Shown: positions 1 through 6,182 of the stretch, one piece after another | Layout of the letters: every line of letters starts with the position of its first letter | Position numbering within the stretch: position 1 is the stretch's first letter | Virus record (IMG/VR): IMGVR_UViG_3300035701_000015 | Coordinates: 1-12,008 of that record | Strand: one strand, 5' to 3' | From: a virus | Taxonomy: Duplodnaviria; Heunggongvirae; Uroviricota; Caudoviricetes | Length of the DNA: 12,008 bases | Made by a program: the position numbers and the translations under genes | The notes under the pieces: model-generated | What the model was told of the DNA's origin: nothing | The model's input: only the letters and a program-made list of their open reading frames with translations | Database searches by the model: none

Positions 1-17
1 TAGGAGTAGGGTTCTAA

Positions 18-206
18 TTGCAAGTTGAAGTTATGAATATAGAAAAAGCAAAAGAGATCATATGTAAAGAGTTTGAAAAGACTCCAGAGCTAAAATTAAA
101 ATATATTGAAACTATATCTAGCTTATTAGAGAATAAGCTTGAGGTTGATAATCTTAAGGCTCTTCGTGTTGCCACTTCTATCGTTAAGATCCTCTTTGGA
201 GTATAA
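18..206 (+). CDS. Hypothetical protein (62 aa)
   Basis: TTG start with AGGAG upstream (2-6); ATG at 33 is an alternative start. No recognisable motif. Confidence 0.55.
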   Translation: MQVEVMNIEKAKEIICKEFEKTPELKLKYIETISSLLENKLEVDNLKALRVATSIVKILFGV

Positions 207-237
207 GTCTTTCCTAAAACTCACAAGTTAATCACAA

Positions 238-672
238 ATGCCGTACAAAGGTGATACTTGGTTTAGAATTAGAGGAGAGCCCACTTATAGAAGGTTTTTC
301 ATAAGATGTGCATTCGAAGAACCAAGGGATCATATACTACTATGGGATAGTACAATTAGAGAAAATTTAGATAGTCCAGGTAAGTGGACAGTAAGTACTA
401 ATTTAAATCTAACAGAACTTAGTCCGTATTCTATACATTATGAAACTACAAGAAGATTTAACAGTGAAGCTATTAAGATAAAAATAGGCCTATATAGAGA
501 TGGATTTCATATTACTATGAACGGATATGGCGATCTTCGAAAACATCTATTCAACGATGTAAACCAATATGGCTTATGGACGCAAGAAGCAGCCAAAGTT
601 GCACCAATGACTAACGAGCTTTTGAAAAAGATAGAAGCGTATTATTTCAAGCTAATAAATCCACTCAAATAG
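238..672 (+). CDS. Hypothetical protein (144 aa)
   Basis: Long ATG-initiated ORF, co-oriented with its neighbours. No family recognised. Confidence 0.7.
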   Translation: MPYKGDTWFRIRGEPTYRRFFIRCAFEEPRDHILLWDSTIRENLDSPGKWTVSTNLNLTELSPYSIHYETTRRFNSEAIKIKIGLYRDGFHITMNGYGDLRKHLFNDVNQYGLWTQEAAKVAPMTNELLKKIEAYYFKLINPLK

Positions 673-726
673 CTTCGTATTATTCTTATAATTAACATAG
701 ATAAATTATAAACTAGAGGTAATATT

Positions 727-1356
727 ATGAACGACATTCTGGCAAGCAAGGTTCTTGTACTTAATAGACTCTACAGACCGATTGGTGTAATCACAGCACG
801 AGATGCGTTCGTAAAACTCTACATTGAAATCGCAGAAGTTGTTACAGTCGAGAACGGATCATACTCAAACTATGATTTCAATAGTTGGGCCGATATCTCA
901 GACCTGAGAGAAAAACTCGAAGAGCTGGGTGATCTTGACGATGTAGTCTACACTGAGAGATTGACTCTTATTGTACCGAGAGTAATTCGTCTCATCAAGT
1001 ATGACCGAATGCCGAAGCAGACGCTTAAGTTGACTCGAAGAAATGTTTACATCCGAGACGAAAACACTTGCCAGTATTGTGGAAAGAAATTGCCGACTGA
1101 CAAGTTGAATATTGACCACGTAGTTCCGAAGTCTCAAGGCGGAAAGAACACGTGGGAAAATCTCGTATGCTCTTGCTTCAATTGCAATAGCAAGAAGGCT
1201 GGAAAGACTCCCGTACAAGCTCGTATGAAACTTAAGAAGCCAGCTCTCAAGCCGAAGTTCAATCCAGCTTTGAAAGTTCACATTTCTTCTAGGAAATATG
1301 AGGCTTGGACTTCGTTTATATCAGAGTCGTATTGGAATATAGAACTCGAAGAATAA
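727..1356 (+). CDS. HNH endonuclease (McrA/COG1403-like; VLVLN...PRVIRL...RD..CQYCG type)
   Basis: Motifs CQYCG, NIDHVVPKSQGGKNTWENLVCSCFNCNSKK. SD GAGGT at 716-720. Followed by a terminator. Confidence 0.92.
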   Translation: MNDILASKVLVLNRLYRPIGVITARDAFVKLYIEIAEVVTVENGSYSNYDFNSWADISDLREKLEELGDLDDVVYTERLTLIVPRVIRLIKYDRMPKQTLKLTRRNVYIRDENTCQYCGKKLPTDKLNIDHVVPKSQGGKNTWENLVCSCFNCNSKKAGKTPVQARMKLKKPALKPKFNPALKVHISSRKYEAWTSFISESYWNIELEE

Positions 1357-1360
1357 ACAG

Positions 1361-1386
1361 AGCGGCCTTAACTGGCCGCTTTTTTT
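1361..1386 (+). terminator. Intrinsic terminator
   Basis: AGCGGCC/GGCCGCT 7-bp stem with a 6-nt loop and a run of T, 4 nt after the HNH stop codon. Confidence 0.85.
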
Positions 1387-1409
1387 ATGTGTGTGTCAAA
1401 GATAAATAC

Positions 1410-1619
1410 GTGGCTAATAAAAACAAAATTTTTAAATATGAATGGCGCGGTGACAATATAGGTTTTGCTGTTTTTTATGAAGAAGATAGATACTTCTGGG
1501 TAGCTCTTGATAGCGAAACGAAAAAGATCTCATCGGGTTTTCAAGATGTTAGCGGTTTTCAAGAAAGTAAACAAGTTGAAATAAGAGAATTTTTTGAGGC
1601 TATTTTTGGAAATTTATAA
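1410..1619 (+). CDS. Hypothetical protein, tandem paralog A (about 69 aa)
   Basis: Start moved to GTG 1410 because the 1305 start of the ORF track spans the HNH end and the terminator. Shares K(F/Y)KY.W.G..IGFA...EE..Y.WVA and a C-terminal FF.AIF with the next ORF. Confidence 0.68.
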   Translation: MANKNKIFKYEWRGDNIGFAVFYEEDRYFWVALDSETKKISSGFQDVSGFQESKQVEIREFFEAIFGNL

Positions 1620-1857
1620 ATACAAGTGGACAGGCGGAATTGGTTTTGCTATTCTTCTTTTTGACGAAGAAAAAGGTTATCTTTGGGTTGCTGACCCAAC
1701 AAGCGATTCTTACGAAGGTTCTGGAGTTTTATACGGACACAAAGAAGATAAAAAGCGATTAATGACAACAGAAAAATCGCTAATAAAAATAAACCAAATT
1801 CCTCGAGATATAATACATTATTTTTTTAAGGCTATTTTTGAACCACGAGTAGCATAA
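1594..1857 (+). CDS. Hypothetical protein, tandem paralog B
   Basis: Clear similarity to the upstream ORF. TTG 1606 (GAGG at 1596-1599) is an alternative start. Confidence 0.68.
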   Translation: MRLFLEIYKYKWTGGIGFAILLFDEEKGYLWVADPTSDSYEGSGVLYGHKEDKKRLMTTEKSLIKINQIPRDIIHYFFKAIFEPRVA

Positions 1858-1887
1858 TTGATTTTATAGTTTTAACAGGAGGAAAAC

Positions 1888-2037
1888 ATGATTTTAATAG
1901 TAATAGCATTAATCATATGTGCTTATGTCGTTGGTTGGAACTGGCATGAACAACTAAACGCTGAGATTGTAAAAGCAGTAAAATGGGTTGGGCAGCAGAT
2001 CGTGAAGCTTTGGAAAGCTATTTGGAAAAAGAAGTAG
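1888..2037 (+). CDS. Small membrane protein (49 aa), absent from the ORF track
   Basis: Strong SD AGGAGG at 1878-1883. MILIVIALIICAYVVGWNWHEQLNAEIVKAVKWVGQQIVKLWKAIWKKK has one hydrophobic helix followed by an amphipathic Trp/Lys helix. Confidence 0.75.
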   Translation: MILIVIALIICAYVVGWNWHEQLNAEIVKAVKWVGQQIVKLWKAIWKKK

Positions 2038-2040
2038 GTA

Positions 2041-2051
2041 TTCGCATAAAT
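2041..2051 (+). promoter_or_regulatory. TTCGCATAAAT motif copy 1 (candidate phage promoter)
   Basis: Intergenic. Identical copy at 7602-7612 and a one-mismatch copy at 11094-11104. Confidence 0.3.
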
Positions 2052-2061
2052 CGGATAGTAT

Positions 2062-2301
2062 ATGAAAACGATAGAATACTACACGGTGGGACAAAACGAT
2101 TCGGCTGCTTCAATATTGAGGCGCTTAGATAAAAGATATAATCTATCGAACATATACCCGATTTCTCAACCTGTTAGTTTTATGGGTAATGCTAAAGTTT
2201 TAGAAATAAGAATAGTAAATAGTAATGCAAATATAAAAGTAGATGGACCGGGATTCATAATAGACTCAATTTATAATAAACTCAGAGAAAGAGAAAGATA
2301 A
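2062..2301 (+). CDS. Hypothetical protein (79 aa)
   Basis: ATG ORF following the repeated motif. 8 of its 10 Ile codons are ATA. Confidence 0.65.
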   Translation: MKTIEYYTVGQNDSAASILRRLDKRYNLSNIYPISQPVSFMGNAKVLEIRIVNSNANIKVDGPGFIIDSIYNKLRERER

Positions 2302-2363
2302 TGATTATGATAATCACCACAATCACTACACAGAATACGGATCCCCAAACAGATTCTGCGTAA
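2301..2363 (+). CDS. Candidate Thr/Ile-rich leader peptide MIMIITTITTQNTDPQTDSA
   Basis: ATG overlaps the upstream stop (TAATG). 6 Thr and 4 Ile in 20 codons. Ends just before an antiterminator/terminator pair that precedes tRNA-Thr. Confidence 0.45.
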   Translation: MIMIITTITTQNTDPQTDSA

Positions 2364-2386
2364 ATTGTGGGAAGTTATATAACGTT

Positions 2387-2416
2387 AGGGCTTCCCATAT
2401 AAGGAAGCCCTTTTTT
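2387..2416 (+). terminator. Intrinsic terminator (possible attenuator)
   Basis: AGGGCTTCC/GGAAGCCCT 9-bp stem, 7-nt loop, T6 tract. An alternative pairing 2366-2376 with 2389-2399 is available. Confidence 0.85.
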
Positions 2417-2417
2417 A

Positions 2418-2448
2418 TTGACATTTCGACGATATGGTATGGTATAGT
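2418..2448 (+). promoter_or_regulatory. Sigma70-type promoter for tRNA-Thr(TGT)
   Basis: TTGACA at 2418-2423 and extended -10 TGG-TATAGT at 2440-2448. The 19-nt spacer is long. Confidence 0.55.
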
Positions 2449-2458
2449 AGTAATAGAT

Positions 2459-2541
2459 GCCGAGGTCGGATAGTGGTTGATTCCACCTGATTTGTAATCA
2501 GGATCTGCAAAGACACGTGGGTTCGAATCCCACCCTCGGCT
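2459..2541 (+). tRNA. tRNA-Thr(TGT) with a long variable arm
   Basis: Acceptor GCCGAGG/CCTCGGC, U73. Anticodon arm CCTGA-TTTGTAA-TCAGG (TGT at 2493-2495). T-loop TTCGAAT. 14-nt variable region with TCT-GCAA-AGA hairpin. No CCA. Confidence 0.9.
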
Positions 2542-2590
2542 AATTCGAACTTTCCAAACAAGATAATTACGATGTCCTTGGAGGTTCGAA

Positions 2591-3148
2591 ATGGTTTGTG
2601 AAAACTGTGGCAAAGACCATAATGGTAGCTATGGGTCAGGCAGGTTCTGCTCTGGGCCATGTGCTAGATGTTTCAGTACAAAAAACAATAGAGACGAGAT
2701 AAATAGAAAAGTATCTGTTAGTCTCGGTGGAACCGGAGAAACAAAAGAAACAATCTGTGAAAATTGTGGCACTCAATTTCGTAGAAAAAACAAGAACGCT
2801 AAATACTGTTCTTTGAGTTGTCAGCATGCACATCAATGGGAATTGTATAAAAGAAAAGTAGAACTCATTGGTAGTTTTGAAATTAGTTTAAATGGTAGCG
2901 GCTCAAAAAGAGCCAAGAAGTATTTAGCAGAAGTGAGAAGCGATAAATGCGAAATTTGTGGTATTACAGATTGGTTAAGTAAACCACTAATCAAAGTTTT
3001 AGATCATATAGACGGAGATGCTATAAATAACAAACTAGACAATCTCAGATTACTTTGTTCAAATTGTGATAGCCAGCTTGAAACATATAAAAGTAAAAAC
3101 AGAAAGAGTAAAAGATTGTATAGACGTAGAATCGATAAAAGCTTATAA
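2591..3148 (+). CDS. Free-standing HNH endonuclease with N-terminal Zn-binding repeats (probable homing endonuclease)
   Basis: Two CxxC...CxxxC units, then CEICG...LDHIDGDAINNKLDNLRLLCSNC. Lies between two tRNA genes. Confidence 0.88.
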   Translation: MVCENCGKDHNGSYGSGRFCSGPCARCFSTKNNRDEINRKVSVSLGGTGETKETICENCGTQFRRKNKNAKYCSLSCQHAHQWELYKRKVELIGSFEISLNGSGSKRAKKYLAEVRSDKCEICGITDWLSKPLIKVLDHIDGDAINNKLDNLRLLCSNCDSQLETYKSKNRKSKRLYRRRIDKSL

Positions 3149-3149
3149 T
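3121..3149 (+). promoter_or_regulatory. Sigma70-type promoter embedded in the HNH 3' end, driving tRNA-Leu
   Basis: TAGACG (3121-3126), 17-nt spacer, TATAAT (3144-3149). Confidence 0.6.
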
Positions 3150-3155
3150 TGAATT

Positions 3156-3239
3156 GCAGCTGTGGTGGAATCTGGGATACACGTAGCGTTCAGAACGCTA
3201 TGCTCGTAGAGCTTGAGAGTTCAAATCTCTCCAGCTGCA
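3156..3239 (+). tRNA. tRNA-Leu(CAG)
   Basis: GCAGCTG/CAGCTGC acceptor, A73. TAGCG-TTCAGAA-CGCTA anticodon arm. Class II variable arm. T-loop TTCAAAT. No CCA. Confidence 0.95.
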
Positions 3240-3249
3240 AAGGTGATAC

Positions 3250-3945
3250 ATGATTTACTTAACGGGCGATACTCATTCTGATGTTAGAAGGTTTAGTAGT
3301 GAAGTGTTCCCTGCTGGTAAAGATTTAACCAAAAGAGATTATATGATTATTCTCGGTGACTTCGGTCTCATTTGGAATAAAGACGTCTCAAGTGATTATG
3401 AAAAATATTGGATTAATTGGTTAAGCGAGAAACCTTGGACTACTCTTTTTCTTGATGGAAATCACGAGAACTTTGATAGACTCGATAAGTTGCCGCAAAT
3501 GAAAATGCTTAGTGGTGAAGTTGGAATTGTCAGCGATAGCATATTTCATCTCAAAAGAGGGGAGATTTATAATATTGAAGGTATCAGACTTTTTACATTT
3601 GGAGGAGCCAACTCTATTGATAAAGCCCAAAGAGTTGAGAATGTTAGTTGGTGGTCTAGAGAGCTTCCAAATTTTGCAGAGTATGATCACGCTTTAGAGA
3701 ATTTAGAAAAACATGATTGGGACGTAAATTTGATATTGACTCATGACGCACCAGAATCAATTTACGATATTATAGCTCAAAAATATTTTTCTACTAAAAG
3801 ACCAAACTATGATTTGCCCAAGTTTCTTGAAGAAGTAAAAAAGAAAACTCAATTTGAGTCTTGGGTCTTTGGACACTTTCATATTAATGATACTTTTGAA
3901 AAACGTTTTACGTGTTTGTATGAAAAAATTGTTTTGTTAGAATAA
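3250..3945 (+). CDS. Calcineurin-like metallophosphoesterase
   Basis: Motifs GDTH, GDFG, GNHENF, THDAP and FGHFH. SD AAGGTG. Confidence 0.92.
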   Translation: MIYLTGDTHSDVRRFSSEVFPAGKDLTKRDYMIILGDFGLIWNKDVSSDYEKYWINWLSEKPWTTLFLDGNHENFDRLDKLPQMKMLSGEVGIVSDSIFHLKRGEIYNIEGIRLFTFGGANSIDKAQRVENVSWWSRELPNFAEYDHALENLEKHDWDVNLILTHDAPESIYDIIAQKYFSTKRPNYDLPKFLEEVKKKTQFESWVFGHFHINDTFEKRFTCLYEKIVLLE

Positions 3946-4019
3946 GGAGGCGTAGTTCAGCTGGTTAGAACGCTAGCCTGTCAAGCTAGAGGCCGCGGGT
4001 TCGAGTCCCGTCGCTTCCG
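3946..4019 (+). tRNA. tRNA-Asp(GTC)
   Basis: GGAGGCG/CGCTTCC acceptor, G73. CTAGC-CTGTCAA-GCTAG anticodon arm. T-loop TTCGAGT. Begins at the base after the upstream TAA. Confidence 0.95.
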
Positions 4020-4033
4020 AAGGAGAGACTAAT

Positions 4034-4588
4034 ATGAAATGGGTAAAATGGAGAAGCGGTCACAGTTCTGGATATAGTAAATGGAAATACATGCCACTCT
4101 ATGTGGATAAGGCTACAAAAGATATCGAAGAATCAGTAGAATACGAAATGCAAGAAAAAGCAGAAGAGTATTCTTGGTCTGAGCATTTTAGAGGAATTGA
4201 TTGGGAAATCATAGATCATAAGAAAGTTCCCAACATCAAAATAGAGGAGATTCACAAGAACTTGTTAGATTCTGTAGAAGATCTGAAAAGATCTATCAAA
4301 GTAAAAGAAGAAAACTCAATCCTTATCAAGAAACTTTTTGGCAAAGGGTCAAAGACTGACCCTGATGAAATTGCTTATGCTAAACATAGGAAAAAGATAG
4401 ATGCTCAATTGAAAAGACTTGAAAAAGAGAGGCAAGCTGAATATGAGAAATCAAAATCGAATAAGAGTTTAAGAACGATATGCAAATGTTGCGATGGAAA
4501 AGGATGGAAAAATAATAAATTTAATATCACAACATGTCCCGTTTGTAACGGAGAAGGAACTGTGAGTCTGATTGTTAACGGGCTGTAG
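4034..4588 (+). CDS. Hypothetical protein with a C-terminal DnaJ-type Zn finger
   Basis: SD AAGGAG. CKCCDGKG...CPVCNGEG (CxxCxGxG repeats). The stop codon lies inside tRNA-Pro. Confidence 0.8.
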   Translation: MKWVKWRSGHSSGYSKWKYMPLYVDKATKDIEESVEYEMQEKAEEYSWSEHFRGIDWEIIDHKKVPNIKIEEIHKNLLDSVEDLKRSIKVKEENSILIKKLFGKGSKTDPDEIAYAKHRKKIDAQLKRLEKERQAEYEKSKSNKSLRTICKCCDGKGWKNNKFNITTCPVCNGEGTVSLIVNGL

Positions 4589-4652
4589 CGTAGCGGTCTA
4601 ACGCACTTGGCTGGGGGCCAAGGGATCGCCAGTTCAAGTCTGGCCAGCCCGA
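4579..4652 (+). tRNA. tRNA-Pro(GGG)
   Basis: CGGGCTG/CAGCCCG acceptor, A73. CTTGG-CTGGGGG-CCAAG anticodon arm. T-loop TTCAAGT. Confidence 0.95.
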
Positions 4653-4655
4653 AAT

Positions 4656-4835
4656 ATGACAAAGAAGCAAATAACAATAAAACTTCTCAAAGAGAAAACA
4701 TGTGAAAACTGTATTACTTATAAAATCCATCATTCTTGTTCGGTGAAAGACTTGAATAATGGAACTTGTAGAAAGTTTTCTAAAGGATCAATGATTGAAC
4801 CGCCATATCCATGGCCAAGGCCAGCAAAGAGGTAA
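4656..4835 (+). CDS. Small Cys-rich hypothetical protein (59 aa), absent from the ORF track
   Basis: MTKKQITIKLLKEKTCENCITYKIHHSCSVKDLNNGTCRKF... has four Cys and exactly fills the gap between tRNA-Pro and the next ORF. No SD. Confidence 0.6.
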   Translation: MTKKQITIKLLKEKTCENCITYKIHHSCSVKDLNNGTCRKFSKGSMIEPPYPWPRPAKR

Positions 4836-4840
4836 AGCGA

Positions 4841-5056
4841 ATGGCTAGAGGAAAAAAGACTGTATTCAAACTCAAAAGCATAATGGCAGAAGTTGAGTGC
4901 AGTAAATGTGGAAAGTTTAAAATCAAACTCAGCGAAAACGATTTTCACGCAAGTGAATCAGAGTGTGATTTGTGCGGTAGCCATTTATCAATATCTATTA
5001 ATGTTGTTTGCCCTAAGTGCAAAAAATATGATTCAATAGATATTAATACTTGGTGA
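4841..5056 (+). CDS. Small Zn-finger protein (71 aa)
   Basis: Three CxxC motifs (CSKC, CDLC, CPKC). ATG 4841 is preferred over 4811 because of AGAGGT at 4828-4833. Confidence 0.75.
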   Translation: MARGKKTVFKLKSIMAEVECSKCGKFKIKLSENDFHASESECDLCGSHLSISINVVCPKCKKYDSIDINTW

Positions 5057-5071
5057 GGTGGATTACGAACT

Positions 5072-5145
5072 GCCAACTTAGCTTAGACGGTTAAAGCACT
5101 TGTCCCGTAAATAAGAGATCCCGGGTTCGACTCCCGGAGTTGGCT
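5072..5145 (+). tRNA. tRNA-Thr(CGT), with C at position 33
   Basis: GCCAACT/AGTTGGC acceptor, U73. CTTGT-CCCGTAA-ATAAG anticodon arm. T-loop TTCGACT. Confidence 0.88.
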
Positions 5146-5164
5146 TAAACTTTCAATTCTGAAT

Positions 5165-5237
5165 GCCCTTGTAGCTCAGACGGTAGAGCACCAACTTGGT
5201 AAGTTGGGGGTCTCCAGTTCGATCCTGGACATGGGCT
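5165..5237 (+). tRNA. tRNA-Thr(GGT)
   Basis: GCCCTTG/CATGGGC acceptor (one U-U mismatch), U73. CCAAC-TTGGTAA-GTTGG anticodon arm. Confidence 0.93.
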
Positions 5238-5253
5238 AAAGTCGGGAGGCAAT

Positions 5254-5475
5254 ATGAAAGTAGAAATAGATTTCCAAGATTTCAAAGAAGTAAGGCCAAA
5301 AACTAAAAAGTGGTACATCTGTATTGTAAAAGAATATCATGGCAACGAATGCCACAATACTTTACGTAGTGGATTTTGGGAAGATGGTCAGTTTTGGAGC
5401 AATGAGCGCGAAGACGCTTGGGGCATAGGAGAAGTTTTATATTGGGCAGATGCTGATGATTTTAACTCAAGATAA
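5254..5475 (+). CDS. Hypothetical protein (73 aa), loosely DUF551-like
   Basis: SD GGGAGG. Trp-rich with a C-terminal VLYWA reminiscent of the VTHWM motif. The family call is weak. Confidence 0.7.
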   Translation: MKVEIDFQDFKEVRPKTKKWYICIVKEYHGNECHNTLRSGFWEDGQFWSNEREDAWGIGEVLYWADADDFNSR

Positions 5476-5501
5476 TTTCGATGAGGGTTTATAATAAAGG
5501 T

Positions 5502-5693
5502 ATGAAAAACAAAAACTATCTTCAAGAAAATCTGCTTGACGGAAGAACCTTCGAAGATGTCCTCGATGAAGCTCTCGCTGAAGTTGTGAACGGGGAATGT
5601 AAAGAGGTATCTTGGGAGGATGAAATTGAACTTATTCGAACTCTTGAGAGAGATTCTCTTGGAGTCGGAGACTTTCACTCTAAAAGAAACTAA
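5502..5693 (+). CDS. Probable antitoxin (acidic, RelB/DinJ-type C-terminus)
   Basis: LDEALAEVVNGECKEVSWEDEIELI resembles the neutralising tails of RelE-family antitoxins. Lies directly upstream of, and overlaps, a YafQ-like ORF. ATG 5481 is an alternative start. Confidence 0.55.
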   Translation: MKNKNYLQENLLDGRTFEDVLDEALAEVVNGECKEVSWEDEIELIRTLERDSLGVGDFHSKRN

Positions 5694-5985
5694 AGCTTAT
5701 AGAAAAGGTCTTCCAGCATATATCTCGAAAGTAAAAGAAGCTTCTAAAAAATTAGAAGACATATTCAAGTATTTGCGTGTTGGTCAGATGCCACCAAGAG
5801 AATTGAATAGGCCACATAAAATAGAGAAAGGGAAAAGATGGTCTCATATACCTGGTGACATCTGGGACATTCATATTGGTTCCGCTAATTCAGACTGGAT
5901 TTTACTTATCAACAGAGATGAAGCTAATAAAATAATCAATTTGCTTGCAATAGGCACGCATTCAAAATTAGCTAATCTTCTCTGA
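5620..5985 (+). CDS. YafQ-like (RelE superfamily) mRNA interferase
   Basis: RPHKI...WDIHI...SDWILLI...LLAIGTHSKL matches the YafQ pattern H...R(D/E)xH(I/V)..DW(I/L)LIY...GTH. Confidence 0.8.
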   Translation: MKLNLFELLREILLESETFTLKETKAYRKGLPAYISKVKEASKKLEDIFKYLRVGQMPPRELNRPHKIEKGKRWSHIPGDIWDIHIGSANSDWILLINRDEANKIINLLAIGTHSKLANLL

Positions 5986-5988
5986 CAT

Positions 5989-6060
5989 TCGCTCGTAGTG
6001 TAATGGTAACACGACAGACTCTGGATCTGTATACTTGGGGTTCAAGTCCTCACGGGCGAG
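5989..6060 (+). tRNA. tRNA-Gln(CTG)
   Basis: TCGCTCG/CGGGCGA acceptor, G73. ACAGA-CTCTGGA-TCTGT anticodon arm. Confidence 0.93.
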
Positions 6061-6067
6061 CATATAT

Positions 6068-6138
6068 TCCGGTGTCGTATAATGGCAGTACGTTGGGCTT
6101 TGGACCCGAAGGTCGAGGTTCGATTCCTTGCACCGGAG
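6068..6138 (+). tRNA. tRNA-Gln(TTG)
   Basis: TCCGGTG/CACCGGA acceptor, G73. TTGGG-CTTTGGA-CCCGA anticodon arm. Confidence 0.95.
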
Positions 6139-6182
6139 AAAACATTTTAAAGTCAAGATAATATCGCTATGGAGGTTCTAAC

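Noticed and set aside
1305-1409. N-terminal extension of ORF 1305-1619
   Set aside because: It overlaps the HNH 3' end and crosses the terminator; similarity to the paralog begins only after 1410.
2264-2475. Alternative open frame containing FCVNCGKLY (Zn-ribbon-like) over the Thr leader
   Set aside because: It has no ATG, GTG or TTG start and runs through the terminator and promoter into the tRNA. It remains a possible remnant and an alternative explanation for the leader region.
3512-3697. + strand ORF inside the metallophosphoesterase gene
   Set aside because: Out-of-frame overlap with a motif-complete gene.
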